A stretch of DNA of 64,000 nucleotides from the human T2T-CHM13v2.0 reference genome, Homo sapiens: the NCBI RefSeq assembly GCF_009914755.1, contig NC_060932.1. One strand, given 5' to 3'. Below, piece by piece: positions 40,170-55,339 of this stretch. The position numbers were made by a program, and so were the translations under genes. The number at the start of each line of letters is the position of its first letter. Positions within the stretch are counted from its first letter, which is position 1. Under the pieces are notes generated by a model that saw only the letters and a program-made list of their open reading frames with translations, had not been told where the DNA came from and did not search any database.

Positions 40170-40375
40170 TTGTTTCTGAATTTTGTCATCTTTGTCCTGT
40201 GCCTTGAGATTTTACAGCGCCTCCCATGAAAGCAGGTAGAATATTCATCCCTTTCCTCCACTGATTGCAGGCTGCATGGTCAGAGATGACCTTTTGACAG
40301 CTCTGAGCCAAGACTACAAGAGGTATGGGAAGATTTTGTCATTTTCTTTTTGTTTCTGCATTCTGCTGTGAGAGG
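40170..40375 (+). mobile_element. MLT1H-like LTR fragment
   Basis: cagcgcctccca...ctctgagccaagactacaagagg. Confidence 0.45.
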
Positions 40376-40579
40376 TTAGTCTTTATGTTGGTTATTACCT
40401 TATTTTGGAATAATATTTTGAAATAATATTTCCTAATCATCTTGATTAAGTAACATCATCTAATTAAGTAACATCTAAAACTGGAAACAAAAATAGCAGG
40501 ATAAGGATGTTAGTTGTATTTGTGGACCTAAATGTGTAAGAAGCAGAGGAATCAGAATTGAAAAGAGTGGGATAGGGGA

Positions 40580-41097
40580 GATCAGAATATGCCATCTCTA
40601 ACTATTCAGGATTGTTGAGCTGAAGGTAATTTAGAAGAAGCAAATTCAGAAAAGCTCCCTGACTGTCCTCTATTTGCCTAAAAGCAAGACATAGATTTAT
40701 AAACACAAAAGGTATCCTGCTTACCCTTCTACCAAGAAGAACAGCAATTAACCACTGAATACAGCATTGGAACTTTACTGGCCTAGAGATGGTACCAGAG
40801 AATCTACATTAACAAAGTTACTAACTAGCCTTTATCTGTCATTTGTTTGCCTTTCCAAAATTTGTCACCCCGTACATCCCTAAAAATGTTCTGTTCCCTG
40901 TTGACATTAAGCTAAAATTCAAAGCCGCTTTATTTGAAAACTACTCAATCCCTGGGTATTTCCCATGTATGTTATGTATATAATATATATGTTAATAAAC
41001 TTCTCCTTGTTTTTCCTTTGTTAACCTGTCTTTTGTCATAAGGATCTATTCCAACTAAGAACCTATGAGGATTGAAGAAAAAATAATTTTTTTTCCT
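40580..41097 (+). mobile_element. MER34-family ERV1 solo LTR
   Basis: gagctgaaggtaatt...tgcctaaaagcaagacatagattt...gttaataaacttct...ctgtcttttgt...ctaagaacctatgagg. Confidence 0.7.
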
Positions 41098-41212
41098 GCT
41101 GGTGCTTGGGGCTACTCTTTTCCATATTCCTCACAGAGCTATTTGACCTTTCATACCACGCAAACCTATTATTTTGATTAAGATAATAATTTAAAAAGGA
41201 ATAACAAAGTGT

Positions 41213-41483
41213 GTTTTTATTTTTATTATACTTTAAGTTCTGGGATACGTGTGCAGAAAGTGCAGGTTTATTACATAGATATACACGTGCCATGGTGGTT
41301 TGCTGCACCCATCAACTCGTCATCTACATTAGGTATTTCTCATAATGCTATCCCTCCCCTAGTCCCCCAACTGCTGACAGGGCCCAGTATGTGATGTTCC
41401 CCTCCCCGTGTCCACGTGCTCCCATTGTTCAACTCCTACTTATGAGTGAGAACATGCAGTGTTTGGTTTTCTGTTCTTGGGTT
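41213..41483 (-). mobile_element. L1PA7-like short 3' end
   Basis: ttattatactttaagttctgggatac...ccatggtggtttgctgcacccatcaac; TSD acaaagtgt(g/a)ttttt. Confidence 0.92.
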
Positions 41484-43284
41484 ACAAAGTGTATTTTTTT
41501 TTGGAGAGAAATGTATGAGGGCACTAAATATATAAAATGGTTACAGTGTATGCCCCTTCCTCATAAAACATTCATCTTCTTTTCTCCTCTGAGAAAGCTC
41601 CAGAAGTTACAGTAGTCTGTATAAATCATAGGATAAAATACAACCAATATGCCTGTGTATATTGAGTTTTACTTGATGTTTGAATCATAGAGTTTGAAGG
41701 AGAAAAAATAAATTCTTCCATAGAAAAATTACTTCCTACAAAAATAATACAGAGATCCCTCATAGACTGATTGCATTTTCAATTTTTTTCAGTGAAAAAA
41801 TTTGAGCAATAAAAGAATTTCATAAGAACAGCAGTTGATAATCTATCACAAAACTGATAACTCAGTTATTCTAAAAATTTCTCAAATTTGACAACATTAA
41901 TCTTCCAGAAAGTGTATGTATATGTGTGTGTATATATATATGTATATATATATATATGTATTTTTTATTCTTTAGAAGCTTATGTTAAATAAAAATGTAA
42001 TTTAAACTTTTGTTTGCTTTTTATCTCTTCGAGTTTAAAGAGTTAAGTTTTGGTACAAAAGTATCCTTCTCCTAAAAGTGTCAAGCCTTCATTCAGAAAC
42101 ATGGGAAAATCACTCTCTCAGGCAATCCAATGGATAATCAGCTCAATGCTTCTTACGCGTTCTATAGGAAATACACCAATAGGTTTATCTTTATCACCAA
42201 AATAAAACTTGAAGTAGAATGTTATCAAAGAGAATGACAATTCCAGTCGCCCAGTGTATCAATAAGAATCCTCTTATAATTTATAACCTTTAGTAAATAA
42301 TTTAGCCACACACCTTAGGGATTCTACATACGTGTAGTGCAAATTCTAAAATATTCAAAATATTTTTAACTTTGTCAAAGATGAAAACAACAAACATGTT
42401 TAAATGTATTACATGTAATATTTAAATAGCATGGCGATTACTAGTACATTGCATTGGGTTGATAAATCAACTACTTTTTTATAGAACTCAGAATAAAGGA
42501 TTGAGATTTGAAGGCAATCGTTTAAGACTGTTGTCATTTTCAACAGCTTATCCATGAATCCAAACTTTTTCTGCACTTTGAAACAACAAAAGTAATTTCT
42601 AAATACATGAAAACGTTATTTGACTACAAATGTAATTCTTTACAAAATATTCAAATACTGTATGTGTTAAATTTATAAAAACAATACTCGTTGTTTATTT
42701 AATTTACAGAGAATCTGTGTATTTGTCTATAGAATTTGCCTTCATCTGAAGAGTTCTGTTACCTTGCCAGTACTTCTTTCCCTGGGAACATCACTAATAA
42801 ATAAAGCAGCCTTGTGTTACTGACTTCATTTAGAGATGTCAAAGGGAGATTTCAAGAGGTGTTTTTTTTTTTTTTTTTTTTTTTTAGTTTTGAAAGTGAA
42901 TGCCTATGAAATGGACATAGATTTTGTAATTCAAGTCATTAACTTTCTAGTAAACTATTATAATTAAAGATAATACATGTAATTTTAGAAGTAATGTAAA
43001 CTGTCCATCTCATCCCAAGCCTCATTAAACAAGATGACAAGCAAGATAGTGGGTCACGTTCTAACTACATATTCATTAGTTATGATAAGAAATACACTAT
43101 GACTATCTGGGAGTAATCATAAATTTGTAATTTCTAGGAAGAAAGTACTAAGTATTTGAAATAAGATCAAGAGCTGTTTAATTTTTGTTAAAGGGAAATA
43201 AAAAGGGAAAAAAATATAGTCAATAATTTTGATATATTTACTAATAAAAATATATTTGAACCCTACACAGTAAAATTACAACTA

Positions 43285-44100
<816 letters not shown>

Positions 44101-44863
44101 TGGTCTTAAAGTCTCTGAATACTCTTAAATCATGCCAAATAATAACTTTATCATTCTCTGCAGAGTTAATACTATGCCGTACATTTACTACACTTCAGAT
44201 TCATAGAGTTGAAAAAGCTTTATAAATGTAAATACTAAGGCAGGAGTTAGGCACAAGTGTATACAAATGTAACCTATTTTTTTCTGAGAGACCCTGGTTG
44301 ATACTGGGTCTGATGAACACTCACATTAGAGAGAAATATAGTTTATTATATAGTATGAAGCTAAGAGACAAGCTGATAAAGTGATTTAAAGTTAGAGTAG
44401 ATAAGACTTGAGTATAAAAAAAGATACTCAAGAATCTGTGGCTGAATATTTAAAGCCAGAGAGTTTACTATCATGGGAGGTCTTAGAGGTTATCCAAGTC
44501 ACCACCTGTGTTTTAAGGGTGACGAAGAAGCATGCCTGGAAAAATTAAATGACCCACACATCAGATAAAAGAATATAAGTAGAAGATTTTTAACATCATG
44601 TTCAGTATACTTCTCAAACATCTGAGGTATGAAAGAACCCTGACCTATGAAAGTATACAATCTTGACTTTTAACACCCTGATTTATATACCTACCAGAAA
44701 TATGAGCTTCAGAGGAAAGTATCTAACAGGAGAGCCTAATTGGAAGAATCAGTCTTGACTGTATTTCCAAAGTGCATATGACATTTTTCAATGGAGACAA
44801 AGCTATTTCCAGTTTGGAGTCTCATGTTTCAACTACCAACATTTCTTCCATAATCAGGAGGGA

Positions 44864-45183
44864 GCCGGGCGTGGTGGGCCTCCCTCCCAGCAACTTGGGA
44901 GGCTGAGGCAGGTACATCACCTGAGGTCAGGAGTTCGAGACCAGCCTGGCCAACATGGTGAAACCCTATCTCTACTAAAAATACAAAAATTAGCCATGTG
45001 TGGTGGCGTGTTCCTGTAGCCCTAGCTACTCGGGAGACTGAGGCAGGAAAATCACTTGAATCTGGGAGGCGGAGGTTGCTGTGAGCTGAGATTAGGCCAC
45101 TGCACTGCAGCCTGGGCGACAGAGTGAGACTCTGCCTCAAAATAACAACAACAACAACAACAACAACAAAATAATAATAATAA
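44864..45183 (+). mobile_element. AluSx-like with (CAA)n(TAA)n tail
   Basis: Sense Alu with a small 5' deletion; TSD ataatcaggagggag at 44850 and 45180. Confidence 0.94.
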
Positions 45184-45804
45184 TCAGGAGGGAGTGAAAC
45201 CACAGAATTTACAAAAGTGGTTTTCATAACTTATACCTAAAATCTCCACTTTACACAAAACAGTGAAGCTACTTGAAGACAAGATAGATGCCCGCCTTCC
45301 GCCTCAGCCTCCACTGAGAGCATTCTGTGCTAGAGCTACAGTGTCTCTTTCATCTCAAGCTTATAAATGTCTTTCTATACAAGATTTTTTAGAGAGATGG
45401 AGGGAAAATGTTGCAAATGACCACTCATTTTAACTACCTTTGTTACTGTGGCTATTCTTGGAAAATGAAAATTACCAATTGCTTCTCTGGTGAGGAATCG
45501 TTCAGCCTATAATTAGTTGAGATACAGAAAACTTATGAATGGCAGAGTCTTTAGTGATAGTTGTAAGAATGCTTTAAAAAAAAGTATGTGCTTGATAATT
45601 TCTCCACTTTTTTTAACTTTTAATATATGAATTAGCTTTCAGACCAAAGTTTGTGGCTTTGAAACTTGATGACCTTAGGCAAATAACAAGTATGTACATT
45701 TGTTTCCCAGTCTTAAAATCAGCTATCAATCTGACCTTAAACTTTAATCATTCAGTCTTAAAAACATTTTCATCAGCATTGAAGGCCTTGATTATATTGG
45801 GAGG

Positions 45805-45920
45805 CAATTTGATGTGGTAGGTACCAGCCAGCCTCTGGAATCAGAATGTCTGATTTCAAAGCCTTGCGTATTGGTTAATTGGGGGCAATTACTCAGTAGT
45901 TTTATTAACAACTTGTAAAT
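45805..45920 (+). mobile_element. MIR fragment
   Basis: ctctggaatcagaatgtctgatttcaaagcct. Confidence 0.55.
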
Positions 45921-46190
45921 ATTCTTTTGATTCTTGGAAACACCTTTATATGGGAGACAAAATAAATATATTGTTTCCAGTAACAAAAGTACATCCCCAT
46001 GGAATGACATATTTTACAGAGTTCATCCTATACCTTTTTGTTGGTTTGTTTTTTGTTAACAGTTGTTTAATACATTTAGTGAGCCAGGTATTGTGTGAGT
46101 CACTGAGAAACACAAAAAGAAATGAGAATGGATGGCAAGCCTCAGAGCTCAGTGAAGTGGTTTTAAAATTCTATGAAAATAACTCTGTGA

Positions 46191-46493
46191 GGCCAGGTGT
46201 GGTGACCCATGCCTGTAATCCCAGCATTTTTGGGAGGCTGAGGTGGGTGGATCACCTGAGGTCAGGAATTCGAGACCAGTCCCACCAACATGGTGAAACC
46301 CCGTCTCTACTAAAAATAAAAAATTAGCCGGGTGTGATGGTGGACACCTGTAATCCCAGCTACTCAGGAGGCTGAGGCAGGAGAATCACTTGAAAATGGG
46401 AGGCGGAGGTTGCAGTGAGCTGAGATCACACCATTATACTCCAGCCTGGGCAATGGAGCAAGACTCCATCTCAAAAAAAAAAAGAAAAAAAAA
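46191..46493 (+). mobile_element. AluSx-like
   Basis: Sense Alu with gatcacctgaggtcagg; TSD-like taactct(g/a)tga. Confidence 0.94.
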
Positions 46494-46554
46494 AGAGTAA
46501 CTCTATGATAGAGACTTATTGGTATCTAGGTGATCTAATGACTCATTTCCAGAG

Positions 46555-46952
46555 TGATATAGTTTGGATCTATGTTCCCACCCAAATCTCATGTCAAATT
46601 GTAATCCCCAATGTTAGAGGTGAGACAGGGTAGGAGATGATTGGATCATGGGGGCAGATTTCCCCCTCGGTGCTACCGTTGTGATAGTGAGTGAATGTTC
46701 ACAAAATATGATTGTTTAAAAGTGTGTAGCACCTACGCCCCTCTCTCTTCCTCCTGCTCCTGCCATGTGTGGTGTGCCTGCTTCCCATTCCCCTTCCGTT
46801 ATGATTGTAAGTTTCCTGAGGTCTCCCCAGAAGTTGTAGCCACCATGCTTTCCGTACAGCTTGCAGAACCGTGAGGCAATTAAACTTCTTTTCTTTATAA
46901 ATTACCCAGCTTCAGGTATTTCTTTATAGCGGTGCGAGAATGGACTAATACA
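46555..46952 (+). mobile_element. MSTA-like MaLR solo LTR
   Basis: tgatatagtttggatc...cccaaatctcatg...ttctttataaattaccca...tggactaataca; 5-bp TSD cagag/cagtg. Confidence 0.92.
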
Positions 46953-48447
46953 CAGTGTACAACATCAAACTTTCCTAGGGTTATATGAAAATGCTTTTAT
47001 CTTACTTTCTGTACTTAAAGCTGATTTCACTTCAGTTGTCAATCATAATATTAAAGAGGGCACTTTGCTTATCAAGACTGAAAATCATATTACGCTTCAA
47101 TAAATAACTGTCCATCACAGCTATCTTGCTTCTATCTGATTAAATTCTATTATCTGAGGATCAGATAATTCTAATATTCTGTTCTAAGAGTCGGATATTT
47201 TATTTTGCAGCATGACTGAAAATAAAATCCTTTAAGCAACATTTCAAAAAGCACATACTTGTGCAGAGTAATTTCTGACTATGGACAATAGATTTAGAAA
47301 GTTAAAATTTTAATGACGTGAATGAAAATCATAAGCTCACAATTTTGAATTTTATTTTCTCTAAAACAAAATAATAGCTTGTAAGACAAAACATTTTGCA
47401 GTTACTTATGTTTAATTTACTATTTGTAAACACAATCTTGGTGATCTTAATGTGTTTAATATGGGAATATATATTCCTTAGGTAAATTTTTTTTTCTGCT
47501 TTACTCTGGAGAACACTAGAATTTTTTAAAAGCATATATATCCAAATATATTTTTAAGTAGAAATTTTTTAGAGAAGTTTTAGATTCAGAAGAAAATTGA
47601 AAAGAAAGTACAAAGATTTCTCATAAATCCCTTCCTCCCACCCCACCATTAACATCCTGAATCAGAGTGATGCATTTGTTGTCATTGATGAACATGCGTT
47701 GACATTTCATCACCACCCAAAGTCAACAGTTCATACTATGGTTTTCACTCCCTGGTGCTGTGCATTCTACAGGTCTCAACATATGATGGCACATGTGCAC
47801 CAGTGTAGCATTATATAGAATGAATTCATTTCCTGCAAACTTCTTTGTGTTCAGCCTTTTTGTTTCTCCCTCTATCCTGCTGCCTTAATCTGCCAACAAC
47901 CATGTGTTATTCATTGTCTCCATCATTCTGCATTTTCCGGAATGTCACATAGTTGGAATCACACAATATACAGCCCTCTTTGACTGGCCTCTTCCACGCA
48001 GCAATACGAACCCAAGTTTCCTCCATGTATTTTCCTGGCTTGATAGACCATCTCTCTGCCTCCAAGTCCTGTCAATCATGAACAAAGCTGCTACAAAATC
48101 TTGTGTGCACGTTTTGTGTGGACACAAGTCTTCGACACATTCAGGTAAACACTAAGCAGCGCCACCATTAGATCACTTAATTAACACATGCTTAGTTTTA
48201 TGAAAAGCTGCCAAACTGTCCTCCAAAGTGTCTGCACCACCCTGTACTCTTACATGTAATGAGTGAGAGTTCTTGCCCATCACATTCTCCCCAGCAGCTA
48301 ATGCCTTCTGTGTTTTGGACTGTGGCCATTCGAATAGGTGTGCAGTAGCATTTTACCATTATCTTAACTTGCAGTTTCCCAATGACATATGAGGAACATG
48401 TTTTCTTATTACAATCAGGCTACACATCTCCTCATTGTTGAGTTTCA

Positions 48448-49080
48448 AGAGATGTGGAGAAATAGGAACACTTTTACACTGTTGGTGGGACTGTAAACTA
48501 GTTCAACCATTGTGGAAGTCAGTGTGGCAATTCCTCAGGGATCTAGAACTAGAAATACCATTTGACGCAGCCATCCCATTACTGGGTATATACCCAAAGG
48601 ACTATAAATCATGCTGCTATAAAGACACATGCACACGTATGTTTATTGCGGCACTATTCACAATAGCAAAGACCTGGAACCAACCCAAATGTCCAACAAT
48701 GATAGACTGGATTAAGAAAATGTGGCACATATACACCATGGAATACTATGCAGCCATAAAAAATGATGAGTTCATGTAATTGGAAATCATCATTCTCAGT
48801 AAACTATCGCAAGAACAAAAAACCAAACACCGCATATTCTCACTCATAAGTGGGAATTGAACAATTAGAACACATGGACACAGGAAGGGGAACATCACAC
48901 TCTGGGGACTGTTGTGGGCTGGGGGGAGGGGGGAGGGAAAACATTAGGAGATATATCTAATGCTAAATGGTGAGTTAATGGGTGCAGCACACCAGCATGG
49001 CACATGTATACATATGTAACTAACCTGTACATTGTGCACATGCACCCTAAAACTTAAAGTATAATAAAAATAAAATAAAA
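48448..49080 (+). mobile_element. L1PA3-like 5'-truncated young L1 nested antisense in the old L1
   Basis: ORF 48435-48779 is near-perfect ORF2p C-terminus (CGEIGTLLHCWWDCKLVQPLWKSVW); 3' UTR with G-tract and A tail; about 21-bp deletion after gagttcatgt; short TSD aagag. Confidence 0.93.
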
Positions 49081-50189
49081 GAGTTCCTTACATATTCTGG
49101 ACAAGAATCTTTTGCAAAGATATGTCTGTTGCAATATTTTCCTCAGTTTTTGGCCCATCTTATTCTCTTGACAGTGTCGTTCACAGAGCAGAAGTTTTAA
49201 ATTTTAATAAAGACTGGCTTACCATTTTTTTCTTTCATGAATCATGCATGGTGTTGGATCTAAAAATTCATCACCATACCCAAGGTCATGTAAGTATTCT
49301 CCCACATTATCTTCTAGGAGTCTCACAGTTTTGTATCTCACATTTAGTTCTATGACTGATTTTGAGATAATTGGGTGGAAGAATATAAGGTCTGTGTCTC
49401 AATTCTTTTTTCTTTTTTTTTCTTTTGCATGTAGGCGTACAATTGTTTCAGAAAGGTTTGTAGAAAAGACTGTCTTTGTGCCATTATTTTTCCTTTGCTC
49501 CTTCATCAAAGTTCAGTTGAATAAATTTCTGTGCCTCTATATTTTGGGTCTATATTCTGCTCCATTGATCTGTTTGTCTATTCTTTCACCAATACCACAC
49601 TATCTTCATTACCATAGCTTTATAATAAATCTAGAATTCGAGTAGTGTCAGTTCGCTGACTTTGATATTTTTCAATATTGTATTAGAAAATCTGGGTGTT
49701 TTGCATCTCTATATAAAGTTTAGAATCTGCGTGTCAGTATCCAGTAAAAAACTTTCTGATATTTTGATTGAAATTGTGTTGAAACTGTAAGTTGGAGAGA
49801 CCTGATGTCTTGACGATATTGAGTCTTAGCCACAAATATGGAATATCTCTCAGTTTATTTAGTTCTTTGGTTTCATCAGTTGTGTGCTTTTTATTAAAAG
49901 CATATAACTTGGGAATATTTTGTAAAATTTATGCCTAAGCATTTCATTTTCTTAGTTTTGCTAATGTAAATGGTATTGTGTTTTGAATTTCACTTTCCAC
50001 TTGCTCATTGCTGGTATTGATTGATAGGAAAGCATTTTATTTTTGTACATTAATCTTGCATACTGAAGCCTTTCTATAATTGCTTATTAGTTCCAGGATG
50101 TTCTTTGTTTGTTTGTTTCCATTTCAATTTTCTACACAGACGATCAGTCATCAGCAGTTTTATTTTTTCTTACCAAATCACTATACCTT

Positions 50190-50191
<2 letters not shown>

Positions 50192-50238
<47 letters not shown>
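50192..50238. repeat. Poly(T)47 tract
   Basis: Pure T run inside old L1 ORF2. Confidence 0.95.
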
Positions 50239-50240
<2 letters not shown>

Positions 50241-53200
50241 CTTAATGAGGACTTCCAGTACAATACTGAAAAGGAGTAGTGAGAGGACACTTACTTGCCT
50301 TGGGAAAGCTTCAAGTTTCTCATCATTAAGTATAATGCTAGCTGTAATTTAAAAAAAAAAAGCTCTTTATCAAGTTGAGGAATCTCTTCTCTATTCCTTC
50401 TTTACTGAGAAGTTTTAACATGAATGGGTGTTGAATTTTGTCAGATGCCTTTCTTCATATTTTGATATAATCATGTGATTTGTCGTTTTTACCCAGTTGA
50501 TTTGATGGATTACATTAATTGATTTTCAAATACTGAATCAGTCTTACATTCCCAGGATAAATCTCACTTGGTCTGATATTTCTTTTATTCATCATTATTT
50601 TATTGCTAACATTTTATTGCAGGTTTTTACATCTATGGTTATGAGAGATAATGGCCTATAGTTTTCTTTTCTTCTAATGCCTTGGTCTGATTTTGTATTA
50701 GGGTAATGTTGGCCTCATGGAATGAGTTAAGAAGTATTCCCTCTGCTTTTGTGTTCTGAAAGAGATTGTGGAGAAGTGGTATCATTTCTACCACAAGTAT
50801 TTGGTAGTAAACCCATCTAGGCTTTTCTAGATGCTTTCTGTTTTGGAAAGTTATCGATCATTAGTTCAGTTTCTTTTGTAGATATAGGCCTATTCAAATT
50901 GTGCATTTCTTAGAGTGTGGTAGATTGTACCTTTAAAGAAATTGGACCATTCCATCTAGATTATCAAATGTATGAGCCTAGAGTTGTTTATAGTATTTCT
51001 TTATTATCTTTTAAATATCTGTGGGATCTGTACTGATATCCCACTTTCATTTTTTATATTAGTAATTTGTATCTTATTTTTTTCTTAGCTTGGTTTCAGG
51101 CTTGTCAGTTTTACTGACCTTTTCATAGTGTCATCTTTGATGGTGTTAAGTTTTCTTTTCTTTGCATTTTCATTGATTTATGCTCTAATTTTTAATATTT
51201 CTTTGCTGCTGCTTCCTTTGGATTTAATTTGCTCTTCTTTTTCTAGATTCTTGAGGTAGAATTTTGTTATGAATTTTATATTTTCTTCTTTTGGAAAACG
51301 TGTATTAAATCCTATAAATTTACCTATAAATGTATAAATTTAAATCCTATAAATTTTTTTTTGCTGCATCCCACAAATTGTATGCTGTATTTTCGTTTTC
51401 ACTTAGTTCCAAATGTTTTCAGATTTTCTTGACATTTCTTTTTTGGCCCCTGTTTTAATTGGAAATGTATTGTTTAATCTCCAGATATTTTGGAATATTA
51501 CAGCTGACTTTCTCTGTTGTCTGAGAGCAGACATTGTATGATTTCTAATCTTCTAATTTATTAAGATGTGTTTCATGGCCCAGAATGTGGTCTATCTTGG
51601 CGAATGTTCCCTGTGAGTTTAAAAAAGATGAGTATTTTGCTGTTGCGGGCTGAAGTAGTCAATAGATGTCAGGTGTATCCAGCTGATTGATGTTGCTGCT
51701 GCTGTTGAGTTCAGCTACGTCTTTACTGATTTTCTTCCTGTTGGATCTGTGTACTTCTGATAGAGTGGTGTTGAAGACTACAACTGTAATAGTATGTTCA
51801 TGTATTTCTCTTTGCAGTTCTATCAGTTTTTGCCTCATGTATTTTGATGCTCTCTTGTTAACTGCATACACTATAAAAATGTTTGTGTCTTCTTAAGGAC
51901 CTGATCTTTTTATCATTATGTAATGCCATTCTTTATTCCTGAGAATTTTCTTTGCTCTGAAGTATGTTTTGCCTGAAATCAGTACAGCTACTCAAGCTTA
52001 CGTTTGTTTGATTAGCGTTAGCATGGTACATCTTTATCTCCTTACTTTTTAATCTGTATGCATTTTTATATTTAAAATAAGTTCTTTTTTCTTTTTTTGC
52101 AGATAGCATATAGTTGGGTGATTTTCTAATCCACTCTGACAATCTCTGGTTTTTCATTGGTGCATTTAAGCTATTGCTATTTATGATGATGATGGATTAA
52201 TGATGACAATTGGATTAATATCTACCACATTTGTTGCTGTCTATTCATTACTCTTGTTCTTTCTTCCCATTTTTGTCTACTACAATTTTTCTGCCTTAGT
52301 GATTTTAATTGAGCATTTTATATTATTCATTTTTTCTCTTTTTTTCTCTTTCCCTGGCATATAAATTATACCATTTTTTTCTCTTTTTTTTAGTTTTTAG
52401 TGTTTCTGTAGAGTTGGTATATGCATTTATAACTAGCCCAGGTCCACTTTTAAATAATTCTATACCACTTTATGAGTAGTGCAAGTTGCTTATAAGAACA
52501 AAATATTCCTAATTCCTCCCATTCATCTCTTACATCATTGCTATTCATTTTACATATAGTAAACTGTAGTCATCAAATACATTGTTGCTATTATTTTGAA
52601 CAAATGATTATTTTTTACATAAATTAAAAATAAGAAAAATAAAAGTTTATATTTTACCTTCACTTATTTCTTCTCTAATACTTTTCTTTTCTTTATGTAG
52701 TACCGAGTTTCTGACCTCTATTATTTTCTTTCTCTCTGAAGAACTTTAAATGTTTCTTGCAAGGCAGGCCTATTGGCAACAAACTCTCTCCATTTTTCAA
52801 TATCTGAAGAAGGAGTCTTTATTTCTGAAAAGATAAAGAATTCTAGGTTTCTGGGTTTTTGTTTGTTTGTTTGTTTTTTTCTCTCCAAACTTCAAATATT
52901 TTACTACATTCCCCTCTCTCTTGCATGGTTTCTGAAGAAAAGTTGAATGTGATTCTTAGGTTTACTTTTCTGTAGGTTAGCTTTTCCCTATTGCTTTCAC
53001 CCCAGCTTCTTTCCAGACTTTTTGTATCTGTAATTTTCTGCGGTTGGAATATGATATGCTTAGGTAGCTTTTTTGACATGTATCCTGACTGGTGCTCTCT
53101 GAGTTTTCTGGATCCGTGGTTTCGTATCTGGCATTAATTTCGTGATGTTAGTCAAAATTATTTCATTTTTTTTGTTCCTTTCCGTTTTTCTGGTATGCTC

Positions 53201-53394
53201 ATATTGCACATGTGACATCTTTTGTCATTGTTGCCTATTTCTAAAATACTATGTTCCTTTTTTTTCAGCTTTTTGTTTCTCTTTGCTTTTCAGTTTTGTG
53301 GGTTTCTATTGGCCTCCTGAAACTCTGATGATGTTTCCTCATCCATGTTCAATACTAATGAATCATGAAAGGCATTCTTCATTTCTGATACAGT

Positions 53395-54600
53395 TTTTAA
53401 ATAGACTCAAGTCTATTTATAACATTTTTGTTCCTCAGTAAAATTGAGAAATTACAGATGTTGCCCTTATGCCCTCTGTTCCCACATACACATAACCTTC
53501 CCCGTTATCACCCTCCCCTGACAGAGGGGATTGTAACATTTGTTACAATTTATGAACCTACATTGACACATCATTCCTACATGGAGTCCATAATTTACAG
53601 TTGGGTTCACTTGGGGTTTTGCACATTCTATGGATTTGGGCAAATTTATAATGGCATGCATCTACCATCATAGTATCGTACAAAATAGTTTTACTGTCCT
53701 AAATAACCTGTTCATCCTTCCCTTTCCTATAACCCTATCAACCACTGATTTTTTTTTGTCTTCATAGTTTTGCCTTTTTAGAATGTCTTATAGTTGGAAT
53801 AACCATGGTATGTGGACTTTTCAGACTGGATTCGTCAGTAATGTGCATTTAAATTTCTTCTGTGTATTTCATGGCTTGATAAGTGCATTTCGTTTTGCCT
53901 ATGGAAAATATTCCATTGTCTGAATATACCATCATTTATCCATTCATCTGCTGAAGGGCAACTTGGTGGCTTTACAGTTTTTGCAATAATAAATAAAGCT
54001 AGTACTGTAAACATCTGTGTGCTGGTGTTTGTGTGGACTTATTTCATCTTCTTTGGATAAATACCTAGGAGTACAATTGGAGGATTATGTGGCAAGCGTA
54101 TGTTTACCTTTGTTAAAAAAAAAAAAAGTATCAAAATGTCTTCAAAGTGGTTGTAGCATTTTGCATTCCCACCAGCAATGAATGAAAATTCGTGCCCGGG
54201 CACGGTGACTCATACCTATAACCCCAGCACGTTGGGAGGCCGAGGCGGGTGGATCACCTCAGGTCAGGAGTTAGAGACCAGCCTGGCCAACATGGCGAAA
54301 CCCTGTCTCTACTAAGAATAAAAAATTAGCCAGGCAGCGTGACGCGCACCTATAATCCCAGCTACTTGGGAGGCTGAGGCAGGAGAATCGCTTGAACCCA
54401 GGAGGCAGAGGTTGCAGTGAATGGAGATACTGCGCCACTGCAGTCCAGCCTGGGTGAAAGAGCAAGACTCTGTCTCAAAAAGGAAAAGAAAAGAAAAGAA
54501 AATTCCTTTTGCTTCAAATCCTAAGTAGCATTTGGTAACATTTTGTAATTTTTAAAAATTTACAAAATATTATAAAATTTGACCATCCTGATAGATGTTG
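53395..54600 (-). mobile_element. Second L1MC1-like 3' end nested in the old L1
   Basis: tttttaaatagact...atttgttacaat..atgaacctacattgacacatcatt...ttcttctgtgtatttcatggcttgata. Confidence 0.82.
54194..54502 (+). mobile_element. AluSx-like with (GAAAA)n tail
   Basis: Sense Alu; TSD gaaaattc(g/c)t. Confidence 0.93.
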
Positions 54601-54831
54601 TTATGGTGTTTTTTTGTCTCTAATATAATTTTTTAATTCTTTTCTAGAACTCATATTTCTTGGCTAACATTACTGATCTGTCCTTGTATGTTATTTACTT
54701 TTCCTGTTAGATCCTTTGGCATGTTAATCACACTTGTTTTACATTTCTGATCTGATAATTCCAACTTTTCTGCTGTATCAGAGTCTCCCTGATTTTTGCC
54801 TTTTAGTATGCCTTGTAATTATTGTTGAAAT

Positions 54832-55339
54832 TGTCATTTGAAGAAAATGATAAGACTTGTCTCAATCGTTTTTGGAGATTTATTTGCCAAAGCTAAGGAC
54901 GCATCTAGGAAACAGGTCTATGCCTTTTTCCAAAGATGATTTTGAGGCTTCTCAATTTAAAGGGGAAAAGGGTGGGATGATGAGAAGTACACAGTTTTCC
55001 CATAAACAAAAGGGGCAAAGGAAAAATGTGGGGAATCTGCATTTTATGTAAGATAACACAGACCCAAAGGGGTAGGGGAACAATCCGATATGCGTTTGTT
55101 TCTGGCAGCTGAGGCCACTGCACCTGCAAAGATAAGCTATCAATTAGCATGGCCATGGTGAAGTTTCAACAGCTCACCAGGAATTTCCTTGTGGGCAAAA
55201 TATGGGGAAGGCAGGTCGCTTTTCATCATTTTATTCAGGAACCAAAAGGTGGAGGCAGGTATGTGTGACCGAGTTCGCAGTTTGGCATTTCCCTTTGGCT
55301 TAATGAGTTTGTGGTCCCCAAATTTAATTTCCTTTCACA
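54832..55339 (-). mobile_element. MER4A1-like ERV1 solo LTR
   Basis: tgtca...tttatttgccaaagctaaggacgc...aaagataagctatcaatt...tttcctttcaca; 4-bp TSD aaat/aaag. Confidence 0.85.

Noticed and set aside
48435-48779. 114-aa ORF with strong protein similarity
   Set aside because: C-terminal fragment of L1 ORF2p in a 5'-truncated L1PA; no promoter or proper start.
50192-50238. T47 as the tail of a processed pseudogene or truncated retrocopy
   Set aside because: No TSD or attached body; L1 ORF2 homology continues on both sides.
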